The notes under the pieces: generated by a model
The model's database searches: none
What the model was told of the DNA's origin: nothing
Seen by the model: the letters and a program-made list of their open reading frames with translations, nothing else
Origin: a virus
Taxonomy: Duplodnaviria > Caudoviricetes
IMG/VR virus record: IMGVR_UViG_3300031853_000010
Coordinates: 1-64,000 of that record
Strand: one strand, 5' to 3'
DNA: 64,000 nt
Program-made: the position numbers and the translations under genes
In this document: positions 29,236-41,988 of the stretch, piece after piece
Position numbering within the stretch: the first letter of the stretch is position 1
How the letters are laid out: each line of letters starts with the position of its first letter

Positions 29236-29760
29236 TTATATTTCCTTTTCCCAGACAATTTCACCATTAATGAGGATTTGAATAGTCTTCTTCTCTGGTG
29301 TTGGCTGCTGTTTTGTTCTTGATGGGAACTCAGTTCCTCTCTGGAATGTCTTGATGTAGTTATCGCCAGTCTGCTCATTACCAAACCAATGGTTATTGCT
29401 GTAATTATCATCGTTTCTGATATCTACATGGCAGGCAGTTCCATCAATTACTCCAATGCCTGAGAAGCCTATTCTTTCCGCCGCCTCAGCTATGTCTAAT
29501 CCACTATACCAGCCGCCGTTTGGTTTCTGAACTTTAATGTCTACCGCAATGTTGCGAGTATGAGCATCGTTTCTATAACCGCCAACTGCGACACTGTGGT
29601 CAGGACATCTGTATCCTGATGTAATGATAATTGCCTTTGCGCCCATGAGGTCGTGAAGCTTTTCAAGTTTTTCCACAAGCTCTGGTGCAGGGTTGGCTTG
29701 TCTGCAACATGGGCAGACAAACTCAACCAAATCAAAATGTTCACTTAATCTTGTACTCAT
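29236..29760 (-). CDS. peptidase M15 family (D-Ala-D-Ala / endolysin-type)
   Basis: TSGYRC..H...VGG...H....AVD...HVD. Confidence 0.85.
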   Translation of the reverse strand: MSTRLSEHFDLVEFVCPCCRQANPAPELVEKLEKLHDLMGAKAIIITSGYRCPDHSVAVGGYRNDAHTRNIAVDIKVQKPNGGWYSGLDIAEAAERIGFSGIGVIDGTACHVDIRNDDNYSNNHWFGNEQTGDNYIKTFQRGTEFPSRTKQQPTPEKKTIQILINGEIVWEKEI

Positions 29761-29773
29761 TTAAAATCCCTCC

Positions 29774-32700
29774 TTAAAATGTCCATCCTTGTTGTGTGAC
29801 AGGTAATGCTCCATTAAAAATACTAAATGGTTGCCTTACCATATTTCCTAATGGTGTAAAGAAGTCAACGGGAGATTTGGCAAAGCCAGTATTCACTGGA
29901 CTTGTAGCAAGATTTGTTCTTGTCTTTATATCTCCCTCTTTTGGCTTCGCTATAAAACCAGTCTCTTCTGTTGACTGTGAATAGCCTTGATTGTCTATCT
30001 TTACCGTAGCAGTTCCTACCTGAACATCAGGGTCAAATGTTTCTTTGCCCCAAAGCTATGCGGTTCTGTTATCGTAATAGTTAACTTCGCCGTTGAACTC
30101 AGTGGCAAATTGAACATCATAATAAATCTTTCCGTCGTCCTCTGGGTCGCCCTCATTTACTATAATGCAATCGCATTTCTCATCAGTATTGGATACAAGC
30201 TGGAACTGTCTCCATCTACCAATCTCAGTAGTGTATACGTTTTGTGAACACATACCATAAGTTTCAAAGAATGTATCTAAACGGAATATAGTGTTGCAAG
30301 ATACTATCTTACCACCTCTTGATATGGCGGCGAAATCAGTAGGATTATTTATTGCCACAAAATCTTCAAAAGAAACTTCATATTTATCACAAAGTTCTTG
30401 AAGGTCTGCGCCAAGTAATTGAATAGAACCATACTTACCAACGAAATGTAATGCTTCACTTAAACGTGCCGCTTTCTATGAAGCATCCCATTCTTCTGTC
30501 TCGCAACAGCTTACCTCTGCAATTAATGCTTTATCATAAGAATCATATTCTAAAACACGTCTTCTTATTTCAGCCTGCTGGTCATAAGTAGGAAGATGAC
30601 TTAAAGCAAGTTCTCCCATTACTCTGTCTACAATACTACCTACATAATCTTGCGCCTGTTGTGGAGTGAGTTTTATTGGTTCAGTTGACGGCGGCGCAGT
30701 CTATTGTAGCATACTATAACATACTACAACTCTTATTACACCAGGATATACATAAGTAGACCAAGCTGCATAGACAGTTTCAATATAGCCTTCTTCATCA
30801 ATTAATATCTGTCTATTATCCATGTCTATATTTCCATAAACAGCGGGTGATTCCCATCCAGTTATTGTTTTATTTTCAATATATGGCCGACACGCCGCAA
30901 TCTCTGAATGATATTCGCAAAGTTTTTCATAGTCTTCTTCAATGTAAATCAAAGGAGAAGGAGGATTGCCATGTTCATCAGGCATGAAACCATTCTATTC
31001 ACTGGTATCAAGTATACCTATTTCCTCATAAGCTGTCTAATAAGAATTATCGGTTGGCTTCTTTTCCAATGTATTAACACTTGGAATGAAATGATATAAG
31101 TGGCATAGTCCACCGATATCCCAATAGATTGTTCTTGCTTTGTTTTCCCAAGGGGTTAAGCCAATAGCTGTCATAACATAGCAAGGGGAGTCAAGCAAAT
31201 CGCTTTTCTGCAAGAACTGTTTAACAGCTTCCAAGCCTTTTGTTTTTAAATACTTTTCATTTACATCTTCTGTATTAACAGAAATAATTGGTTCATCAAA
31301 GCAAGAAGGATTGTCTAAGCCTTCATTTCCCACTCCAACTAAATCTCTCTCAGGAGCGTATGATTTCCAAGGATTCTCCCAGAAGCAATTTACTTGTTTT
31401 GAGGCTGGCGCACTTGGAAGCGTAGTTGAAATATTACCTCTCATAAGAGTATGCTTGCCATCTGACATTAATGCCGTTGCCGCATTGTCTGCGATTGCTT
31501 GTTTATATTCATTTGTGCCACTTGGCATATAACTACCAATTTTAATAACATAAGCCTCTCTGTTGAAGATGTCGTCATTTTCTACGATTCTTGCTGTCTT
31601 ACCTTTCCAACTTGGAATTTCACCAAGATAATAACCAGGTTTACCAACTTCAAATCTCTTATAATGAAGAAGCGAATTATCCTCTGGTGCCGCGCTGTTA
31701 GTTGGTGTGTATGAAGCATAGCTTACTGTTCCTTCGTTATTATAAGTATATATACCTATTTCACGAGAATTTCCTTTTACTATATCGTTTGAAGCATCAT
31801 AAACTCTAATTTTAAGCTGATTAACTATAAGCTTGTCAGGTTCAAGAGAATATTCTATCTCTGGAACTGTTCTTAATGCCGCATAAAGCATTAAACGTCC
31901 ATCACTATTTGTTGAACTAAGTTCTGAGAATGGGAATTTATAAAGAAGTCTACCATTTGGGTCTTGCTTTGAAGCATAAATGTTAGGACTAAATCTATTA
32001 TCAATTTCATACTTTGGAGAAATTACCAGTTCGTATATCTTATCCCCTACTCTTTCTTTTATTCTCTATGCGTTCCAACCTTTTGCTCTATGATATGTGC
32101 AAATGTATGGATACCATTCTGCGGCATAATGATTATGTTTGTAATTGTCAAGTCTGATGTAAGGAATGACACAAAGGTTTTTATTGTAAAGCTCACTAAG
32201 ATAACCTATTCTTTTATAAATATCTGCTAAGAAATCAGCTTCATTTGGAATTGTTATTGCAAGTCCTTCTTCGGTAGTTTCATAGTTATAAAGTTCTGAC
32301 TCATCAAGCATATCAAATTTTCTTCCATGGTCTTCTGCTCTTGGAGGCAGTGGCATAACAATAACTTGAACGTCGTTATTTTGTTCTTGTGAGGTCGCCG
32401 CAATGCCAAGCCATAAGTAAAGAACATTTTCCCAAAGTTCACTTATTTCTCTGGTCATACCTTCAAGGGTTTTTGGAATAGGACAATCGTCGCCGAAAAG
32501 ATAATTACTGATTGCAGCAATTACTTGACTGATAACCCAAAAGTTTCTATCAAGGTCTTCAATCTCTACTCTCCTGCCATACTGCGGCATGAGAAGTCTT
32601 ATCCATTCGTTTACGTCGCCTCGCGCTTCTTCACCATTGCGTGTGAATTGTAATTTATTTGGTCTTTCAATTGTATCTGTTAATTGGTCATGACCTCTTT

Positions 32701-33208
32701 CCTCTTCATAGCTTTTTCCATCAGCGTTCCACCAAGGGATAACATACTGATTTGGATAATTACTATTATACTCAGGGAAATTTGCTCCTGCGTTTGCATC
32801 CTTTAAAGTCTGAACAGTAATACTTTTGCCTTCTCCATTGATGGGAAGAACTACGGTAGTAGCTTCAAAATTAAATCTTTCAAGGAAGAATTCGATAAGT
32901 TTTTGAACAGACTCATTCCAATAGCTATCTTCTTGTGAATTTGCAAGAGCTTTAATATCTTCATATAGGTAGCTTACTAATTCATCGGGCGGAATTTGAA
33001 CATCTGCTAAATCGGCATTGTCGGTAATGAATTTAAAAAGTCCTTCCTCTCCACTTGCCAATGAAATAGGGCTTGCTTGCCCTTTAAGAAGAGCAAGCAA
33101 ATTCTTCCAAAATTCCTTCTGAGTTTGTGGTGTAAGACCCAAGTCTTTAATAAGAACCTACATTTCGGTAACGGTTTTAAGTTTTTTAATCCATTGTGAA
33201 GTATCCAT
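29774..33208 (-). CDS. large putative virion protein, paralogue 1 (about 1144 aa, 7 in-frame TAG)
   Basis: Single frame joins four track ORFs; RLLMPQY.RRVE.EDL.RNFWVI domain. Confidence 0.75.
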
Positions 33209-33220
33209 TTTCTCACCTCA

Positions 33221-36200
33221 TTAAGTAGGAATATCCCATGGTTGGGTCGTTCCAATGTCTTGCCAGTTGACATTGTAGTCATCAAAATAGTCATCATCAT
33301 CAGATGGTGTGTAATATCCACCGCCGTCCACGGCAAGTAAATGACCTTTTGATTTGTATTTTTCATAGTTAAAGTTGTAACGGTTGTTAGAAATTACAAC
33401 ATAACCCTAACGTAAATTATCAACGGTGCCGCCAGTAGTTTCTTCATCTCTTACAATTGTGTAGCGGCCATCTGAACCTCTTCCATATACTCTACGTGAA
33501 TAAGTTCCATCTGGACCAAATACATATACTGACACATCCATAGTAAGTCGTGTAAAAATAAATCTTCTATTTGTGTAGACAACGCCTTGTGGGTCTTCAA
33601 GTCCATAACTACTAAATAGTTGTGGTTCATCAGGAAGCCTATCGAACAAATCATCTAAATGAGTTATCCACTAACTTGAAAATGTTTGGTCATCATAAAG
33701 CTTACATTGATGAACATACCAATCGTCCCAACGTCCATGAAGTATTGCTTGGTCATAGAACCAATCAGTTGTATAATTATTACCTTCGGCATCTTTGATA
33801 TTATTATTAGTAAAGAAAGTAGAAATTTCAGCAGCAATATTACCAACTGTTCTATCTGCCGACGCTGCGGCATCATATGCATTTTTTGCTACTGTTCTTG
33901 CGATTTGCATATTGAAAGCATTTATATCAACAGAATGTGCTTCTGAACAGTATTTTTCAAGATTAGTTAAAGAAGTAATAGCGCCATTGGATTCATTATA
34001 AACCCTAATCCATACCGCTGTTCCAAAAGATACCTTAGAAACAAGCCAATTATCATTAGTAAGGTTCTTTTGACCTTCCTAAATAGATACAAGCCATTGT
34101 TCGCCGCTGCCGCCTGCAACTGATGTATTAACATAAACATCATCAATAAGCGTAGTCGGGAGTTCTTCAGTAGGAATTAACTATGAAATGTCTGACATTC
34201 TTTGACATAAGCCTCCTATTTTTGGAACGTAGTCAATTAATGTAGCAAACATAGGACCGCCACTGGCAATAGAAGTATGGTTATTATAAAATGATGTTGT
34301 CCTTCCTGTTTTAAGAGGAAGTGAGATTTTTGCTCCTGTCGCTGCCCAATTAACGCTTGTGCTTTGAACATAAGGCATCTTTAAGCCGCCGCCTCCATGA
34401 GGAAGATATGTTTTTGTTAATGCATCTACATCTGCTCTTGAGCCATAATCTGTATCACGTCCTCCTTCTACAAAGAGAATTGTTGTGTTAAGATTTTTTG
34501 ACTCAGACATACGGTAGTAATTATTATTTTCTGTTTTCCAGTCGGTAATGTCATTATAGTATGGGTCAGTGTCAACAAGATTTTTAGTTGCTGTATCTCT
34601 TGTTTCATTGATTTCTAAACCAGCTTCAATGTGATGGAAGAAAGCATCTCCAAAACTGTCTTCTCTTTCTTCTGTCCAGAAAGCGTTTTCTCCATTAAGA
34701 TTAAATTCACAATAATTTGATATTACATCTTCAAGAACGTCACTATCTTCCTGTCTCATTATTTCATAGACTGGGTCTTTGTAGTGATTAACAATATCTT
34801 GATAGGTGTCTTCCGTTGGATGTAATGTTGCCGTAGGAATAACAAGAATGTCATAGAATATTCTATCAACATCTTTACAAGTGCTAAGAAGTTCACCTTG
34901 ATAATAACCCTTCTTAATTTTAAGACTGCCAGGCTCAGATGGAGGAATTGTTATCTTATTTAATACGCAATCGTCAACAACCATTGCGCCTTGATTAAAA
35001 TGTCCTTCATAACTGAATAGAGGAGCTTCTTCATCTTCTGACTGCGCAATAATTCTTTTTGCTATATCATAAAGATTAATACTAACATCTATTTTTTCTA
35101 TTGTATCTGTAATTGTTGCAGAGAAGGAAATGTAGTCTCTTACTAAGCCATAGTATCTTACTTCCTCATCGGGCTGAATTTCATCTGTATTTGAAAGAGG
35201 AATAACATAGCTATATGTATCTTCATTTTCATGAATACCATAAATACAATCTGAAAAATCTATAAGTTTAAAGTAAAATCCTTGTCTTCCGAAATATGGA
35301 TTTGGTGAAGATGAATAGAAAGGAATTAATTGCCATGAAGGGGTTGCGGCATTTCTATTGTAAATGAATATGCCAGGATACCACATCTCACCGTAATAAT
35401 TATGTTCATAGTTATTTATTCTTACGCAAGGTAAAACCGCAAGATTATACTCTTGATATGACTGAACCAGATATGACAAGCTGGCAGAGATTTGTGAATT
35501 AATTGCATCCGCATTTACTTTATCAAAGTTATCGTATCTTAAATAAGGACAAAGTGTGTCAAGAGACATAAGAATTACTTCTGAATGAGTTTCATTGTAA
35601 TATTTCTTTTGAGAAAGCAAAGCCAAAGCTGTCCAAAGAAAAATCATATTCTCCCAAAGCTGACCTATTTCTTTTATAAGTCCTTTGAGCATTTTCATAA
35701 GTGGTCCATTTTCATCAAATAAGTAAGCGCTTATTCCAGTAAGAACCTAACCAATTACCCAAAAGTTGCGATTTAAATCTTCAACTTCCACTCTTCTTTT
35801 ATATTGCGGCATAAGAAGTCTTATCCATTTATCTTTTGTTCCTGCGCCGCGGAGCTGTGTAAATCCTAACTTCTTAGGGTCAGTCATTGCACTAACTTTA
35901 AGGTCTTCTCCACGAACTTTTCTATAAGTATTTGCGTCTATGTTATACCAAGGGATAACCCAAGGCTCCTTACAGATTTTAAATTTCTTTTTCTCTCCTG
36001 TAATTGTAGCAGATACCATAGAAGTTGGAGGTTGGTGTTCACTTACCTCACCAGAATATAGATAGCCGCCTGCTGATGTTGAAGTAAAAAGTTTATTAAG
36101 TTCACTTGGCATGACCTCATCGCCATTTTCTATGGCGGCGATTATTTTCTCTGCGTCTTCTATGAAAAGAGTGTTGGTAAGAACTACTCTCTAATCTCCA

Positions 36201-36853
36201 TAGGTAATTATAGCAGACTCATAGAAATAACCATACCAATAGAGGTCGGTCATTGGAGCAAATGAATTGCCAGCGTCAGCTTTGATTATATCAATAACTC
36301 GTAATTCAGCAAGTCTTGTTGTGCTGCCGTCTGGCGCGATGCTACCACGAAGATGGTCTACATCAATTTTTCCATCGTCATCAATTAATTCAATTAACAA
36401 ACCAGAATTTTCATAAACCTTGATACCATCTGGGTCTATATGCTGATATAAAATCTACATCAAACGAGAAACTGAGTCATTCCAATAATGGTTTGTCCAG
36501 TGTTCTTCATCAATATCAAAGCGCTTGTAGTCATTCTTAGTTGAATAAGCCTATTGAAGAGCATGATAAAGAGAGCTATATAAGCCATCAGAAGAATGAT
36601 TAAAGAATGTATCTTCACCATAAGTCTAATCTGCAAGCATGGACCAGTCAATGGTGTTAAATATTTGTTTAACCAAATCGCTTGTTGAAGAAGACTCTTC
36701 GTCTGAAGAAGTTATTATTTCATGGTCTTGTAATCCAGTTTCATGAAGTCCGAGAAGCAACTCTTTGTAGAGTTGCTCTCTAAGACCTGGATTTGTAGCA
36801 AGTTCATTTATTGCCAATGAGAGGAATTCTTGTTTATTCATTTCGTTGCTCAT
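33221..36853 (-). CDS. large putative virion protein, paralogue 2 (about 1210 aa, 9 in-frame TAG)
   Basis: Single frame joins six track ORFs; same conserved domain. Confidence 0.75.
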
Positions 36854-36856
36854 TTA

Positions 36857-37588
36857 TCATTCCTCCTGATTATAAAATTTTATCTCACAATTTGGTGGGA
36901 AAGATGTTGGATAGTAAACACAATCCGATGCTATTCTAACCTGTTTTAAAGCCGTGTTGTAGAAAGCGTATTCTCCAATATATTTTACCGTTGGAGAAAT
37001 TGTTGCTTTGGCGAGTGAGGTACAATTACAGAAAGCTCCTTGTGGAACAACAGACGGCATATTTGATGTTGTGAGCTTGTTATTATTCACATACCATATA
37101 AATGGCGGATATGGCTCTGAAATATACTTTCCTGTCAGCGGTTCTGGGAGACTATCACGAACAAGTCTGCCGTCTCTTACATACCATGCGTTTGGAAGGT
37201 TTCGTGTGGGGGCTTCATATGGCTGGACGGTATCGCCTTCATTCAGCATTACACGAGTATTGTATTCATTGTTGTTTGTATAGTAAACAACAAGATGGAT
37301 ATCGTTTTCTCTTGTTGTGAATGTCAGAGCATCTGAATTATCAAGAATCCATTGCTGAATTACTGACGCACTTGTCGAAGTGTTCGTTTTTACATCGTAT
37401 TCATACGTTGCTATCCTAAATCTCGTAGACTCATCAATTCTTTTAATTGTGTACGTCGTATTCGGTTCAAGGTCAGCATAATACGAAGCTGTACCATCGT
37501 CATTTCCATATGAATAACCAGTTATTGCATCGCCAGTGGCGCCATTATAACAGCCTTTTTGATACTGCTTATAAAGCAAATTCGCCAT
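36857..37588 (-). CDS. putative tail-associated protein with C-terminal BspA-type LRR
   Basis: YEAP motif; AFCNCTSL..TI..TVKYIGEYAF. Confidence 0.7.
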   Translation of the reverse strand: MANLLYKQYQKGCYNGATGDAITGYSYGNDDGTASYYADLEPNTTYTIKRIDESTRFRIATYEYDVKTNTSTSASVIQQWILDNSDALTFTTRENDIHLVVYYTNNNEYNTRVMLNEGDTVQPYEAPTRNLPNAWYVRDGRLVRDSLPEPLTGKYISEPYPPFIWYVNNNKLTTSNMPSVVPQGAFCNCTSLAKATISPTVKYIGEYAFYNTALKQVRIASDCVYYPTSFPPNCEIKFYNQEE

Positions 37589-37594
37589 AACTCA

Positions 37595-38422
37595 TCACCC
37601 CGCATTGAAACCAATAGAAGCCAGATATTCAGTATTGAGCCAATTCTCATCACTAACACCGAGCAGTTTGTTCTGTGGCGTGCAGTTAGGAGCTTTTGTT
37701 GTGTTTATGATGGACGGTGAAGCGGATGAACTGTCGATATTGAATGTAAATGTTGAATTTGCTGTAATATCAAAAACGCAATTTGAAAAAGTTGTAGAAA
37801 ATGTGCTTCCATTGAAAAAGTTTGAAGCATCAATTTCATAGTAAGAATCACTTCCCATAGTTGTAATGCCGCCGTAGTCACTACCAAATATATTGCTCCT
37901 TCCTCCATCGCTCTTAATCTTCACATAGCAATTGTCAATATCCGCCCATCTTCCGTATGCCTGCTGTACATATAAAAAACCTGCACCGCTTTTCAGAAGC
38001 AGATTCACACTGCATCCCTTCATCACTTTATTGACATAATACAGATTTGCAAAAACTTTGTCACCGACTATGATTCCGCTTATCCTGCAATTCTCAAAAA
38101 TATACTTTGAACTGTTATTGCCATTTGCACAGAAATGATAGTTTGTATAAATATTGGATATTCGGGCATTTTTGATAGTTCCGTCACCTGAGACGGAATA
38201 ATGATCCGTGTTGAAATTGTACCAGTTTGATATTGTTTTTCCGTCGCCGTCGATGTTACAGCCGTTCATTTGCAAATTCGGCATATTCCCGTCAGGATAT
38301 TCGTCCGTGATGTTGATATCATTGCCAACCTTGATATAAACTCCCGATTCTGCGGCTTTTTCAACAAGCTCCGAATAGGTCGTAATAATATATGGGTCAG
38401 CCTATGTACCTATTCCTGCCAT
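37595..38422 (-). CDS. beta-helix-like putative fibre/adhesin protein (1 in-frame TAG)
   Basis: GIGT[TAG]ADPYII matches the GxGTxxDPY motif; DGDGKTISN. Confidence 0.7.
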
Positions 38423-38434
38423 TGTTATCACCTC

Positions 38435-40615
38435 TTAATATATAGTAGTAATACCGTCTGGTATTATAATTTCTTCAATTTTATCATTTCCATTAAATAC
38501 CAAAGGACTAAGTGTTGTCAATTGTGTTCCTTGATATTGAGTAGGAATTTCACCAGGCGTTGGGCTTGTTCCTGTATAATAGAGAATTTCATTGCCATTG
38601 TAAATATAAGAAATACTTTCAACACACTTAATTGTATATCTAAAAGTCTTAATTAATGAATCAAAATTAATAACCTCTTCGCCGCCGCTAACAACCCATC
38701 CGCTATTAGCAAAACCTTCAATTTCTGCGGTATAATTTGCTAATCTTCCAGTAGGACCATAAGCCAATACTGGAACAGCTTCTGTCTATACTCCATCTGA
38801 TTGAGGCTGAGTAAAGCTAACAGAATATTTATGTTCAACTTCAAAGCCTAAATCATCTTTTCCGCTAAGAACTACTCTTGTGGTTTTTCCTTCCCAGTAT
38901 CCAGCTGGAATATCTTCCCAAGTAAGTTCTACTCGAACATTAAAATTAATCTCATTTATATGATACCACGAAGCCACTTCTCCACGATACCAGCCCTTTA
39001 CTGCCTTTTGTTTTCTTTCAGTAATGGAATTTGTTATGTCCGTTTTTGTTGGAGAGCAAATAAGACAAGGGTTGTTATTCGCATTGGTAAGTATAAAAGT
39101 TCCCCTCATTAGTTCGCCGCCAGTCGATGTTATCAATTTCTTGACGGCATCTTCACATACAAAGTCAATTGACATATTCTCTACCTTATTTCCATTGAAA
39201 AAGTCTGCCGCACCATTGGTTGAAAGATTTTTAAACACAGTGCGGACGGCGGCGATATAGTTTCCATCAGCAACGTCATTTGTATTTTCCTGATAGTTGT
39301 CTGTAAAATAATATGTAGGACTTTTATCACAAACACCAGTAAGAGTATAGTTTGAATAGGTTGCATCGGAAACAGTAAAGCCTGTATCATTTATCTGTGT
39401 ATAAAGAGGATGTGGAGTCTAAATAGAACCTGTCATGAAAGGAATAAATTCTACTTCTTCTGTTTCAACATTCTCTATTGTAGAAACATTGTTATCAGTA
39501 ATATTTACCAATCCGCCGCGATACCTACGGTTATAAATTATCATGCCTGGGAAGTATTCCCCATTGTGATAGTTGCTTTGATATGAGCCATTTCTTATCA
39601 CTGGTATAATAAAAAGAGTTGATTTATTGTAAATATTTTTCAAATATTTAAGATTATTCCAACAGGCTTCAAGATGAGCCACATAATCTTCATAAGTTGT
39701 AGGAAGTATAACTGAGTTCTTATAGAAGCCATCGTATTTAAGATAGGGTTTTAAGACTTCGACGTTTAATGGAATAACTATCGGCTGTATATCCATATAT
39801 ACTGTATACTGAGAAAGTAAAGCAAAAGCTGTCCAAAGGTAAAGCATATTCTCCCAAAGCTAAGCTATCTCATCAAGCATTTCATCCATAAGTCTTCTGA
39901 TAGGATTATCAGGATTGAATAAGTATGCAAGTATTGCCGCAAGAACTTGACCAATGACCCAGAAATTGCGGTTTAAATCTTCTGCTTCAACCTCTCTTTC
40001 ATATTCTGGCATAAGAAGACGAAGATATTTGTTAAATAAATGAGTAAATTGAAGATGTTCTTTATTGTTCAAAACTCTTACTATTTTATCATTTTTACGA
40101 ACTTCGCTGTAATTATCTGAGTCAATATTTTTCCACGGAACTACCCATTCGCCATTATTGAAACTATTTCCAGCATTAGCATTTAAAATATCACTAATGG
40201 TAAATTCAGTAGAGTCGATAGGCTATGTGCTATTGATACAGTTGTAATAAAGTTGTATAAGCTGATTAAAACTTTCATTCCAATGTGTCTGTCTATTCTC
40301 TGGATTGAGAACAAATAAACTATCTAAGAATGTATCCACAAGGTCTGCATTGTTATTAATAAACTCTGCTACACTCTATACACTTGCAGCAGGATTGCCA
40401 TCACTTAAAAAGTCTAAATCTCTTATGCCATAGTGTTGAAGTCTTCCTTGTTCATTTTCACTTTGGAGGAACTTAGTTAAGCCATCCCAGAATACGTCTT
40501 GGTGTTCTGCGAACTTCTTTAATGACACACCGCTGAAATTATCAATGGTAGTTCCTTCCTCACCATTAATTAATTCCTTTATTACTTCGTTCATTTCAGT
40601 GTAATCTGATGCCAT
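38435..40615 (-). CDS. putative virion protein, paralogue 3 (about 726 aa, 5 in-frame TAG)
   Basis: Single frame joins five track ORFs; same conserved domain. Confidence 0.75.
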
Positions 40616-40674
40616 GTTTTCACCTCCCATAGTAAAATGGCCGCCATCCGCTTTATGAATGGCGGCATAATGAA

Positions 40675-41757
40675 TTATACCTTTTCAATTTTCATTTGAA
40701 TTCTGTCTATTGGATTACCGAAAAGACCTGCATAGTCTTCAAGACCCTTAACCCAAGGATAGTAATCTCTACCAACTGGGGCAACTCTGTAAACAACTTG
40801 ATAGCCTGGACAGTCAAGAAGTTCAACTTGTATACCATCAATCACTCTACCAAAAAATCCAGCAATGCCGTAATTCCAATCTGATAGGTCATACTTGGTA
40901 ATCCAACCACACCATTTGCCATTCTTTAAATGAACACGATAACGAACCGTGCCCTCTGACGCTTTTACAGCAAGACCTGAAATTGGGAAACCTTTTAAAC
41001 CTGAATAGCCATTGTCATCAATGTCATTACAGTTCTTAATTTCACCAAGCCAAGTGCCGATACATGAAATGTAAGTAATGTCAATGTTCTTAGAAGCGGC
41101 AGGCTTGATTTCGGGTTTTACTTCAACGGGCTTTTCTTCTACTTTTTCTTCTTTGGTAGTGTAGTCTTTATAGCAATAGTCCATGTCAACGTCTCCTCTG
41201 ATGCCTGCAATCTTACCCTTCCAAGAATATTGCCACATTTCTTTGTGGTCAGGATAGCTTGTTGAATTTAATGGTGTGCCACCATTGCCTACATGAGCAA
41301 CCCATACATCGTAAGTATTTTTTACCTCATCAGTAAATGAGTTTTTCAGTCCTGAGTAAGAAGAATAAATACCAACCTTATAACCTGCTTCTTTAAGTGC
41401 TTCACAGAATACTTTGGTGAGTTCTGAAACATTATTCTTTCCAGTTGAAAGAACAGAAGACTCTTCAACATCATACCATACAGGATAGTCAAATGTTCTG
41501 TTCTTTAAAACTTTAATACAAGCTGCGGCTTCTTTCTTGGCATCTGCTGGGGTCTTTGCGTAATTATACCAATACACGCCCATTGGGATTTTATTCGCCT
41601 TGCAACCACTATAATTTGCTTCAAATTTCTGGTCTTTTTGTGATACTTCACGTCCATATCCAGCACGAAGGATAGCAAAGTCGATTTCTTTCTTTGCCTG
41701 AGACCAATCAATAGAACCATTCCAAACGCTTACGTCAATACCTTTAAGCTTCTCCAT
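40675..41757 (-). CDS. GH25 muramidase endolysin with ChW-like C-terminal repeats
   Basis: KGIDVS, YDVEE, WQYSWKG, VDMD; YRVH...W repeats. Confidence 0.9.
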   Translation of the reverse strand: MEKLKGIDVSVWNGSIDWSQAKKEIDFAILRAGYGREVSQKDQKFEANYSGCKANKIPMGVYWYNYAKTPADAKKEAAACIKVLKNRTFDYPVWYDVEESSVLSTGKNNVSELTKVFCEALKEAGYKVGIYSSYSGLKNSFTDEVKNTYDVWVAHVGNGGTPLNSTSYPDHKEMWQYSWKGKIAGIRGDVDMDYCYKDYTTKEEKVEEKPVEVKPEIKPAASKNIDITYISCIGTWLGEIKNCNDIDDNGYSGLKGFPISGLAVKASEGTVRYRVHLKNGKWCGWITKYDLSDWNYGIAGFFGRVIDGIQVELLDCPGYQVVYRVAPVGRDYYPWVKGLEDYAGLFGNPIDRIQMKIEKV

Positions 41758-41911
41758 AGTCTCTCGCCTCCAAATCCTTTAAGAAGTCTGGATTTTCTTT
41801 AATAATATCTTCTACTTCTTCTACTGAAATCCTTAAAATTTTAGCAATTTCTTTAGAAGAACGACCATAATAATGAGCTTTTAAAAGTTCATATTTAGTT
41901 TCGTTAGTCAT
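41744..41911 (-). CDS. small HTH-like protein upstream of lysin
   Basis: GRSSKEIAKILRISVEEV, AGGAGG RBS. Confidence 0.6.
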   Translation of the reverse strand: MTNETKYELLKAHYYGRSSKEIAKILRISVEEVEDIIKENPDFLKDLEARDYGEA

Positions 41912-41988
41912 AGTAATTCCTCCTAAAAAAAATAGAGAGAAAATCATTCGTTTCCTCTCTATTAATGTAATTTTTACTATGTTAGTCT

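Noticed and set aside
29774-40615. Five consecutive genes in the same reading frame forming one giant readthrough protein
   Set aside because: The junctions have TAA/TGA stops, often in tandem, followed by a separate RBS and ATG.
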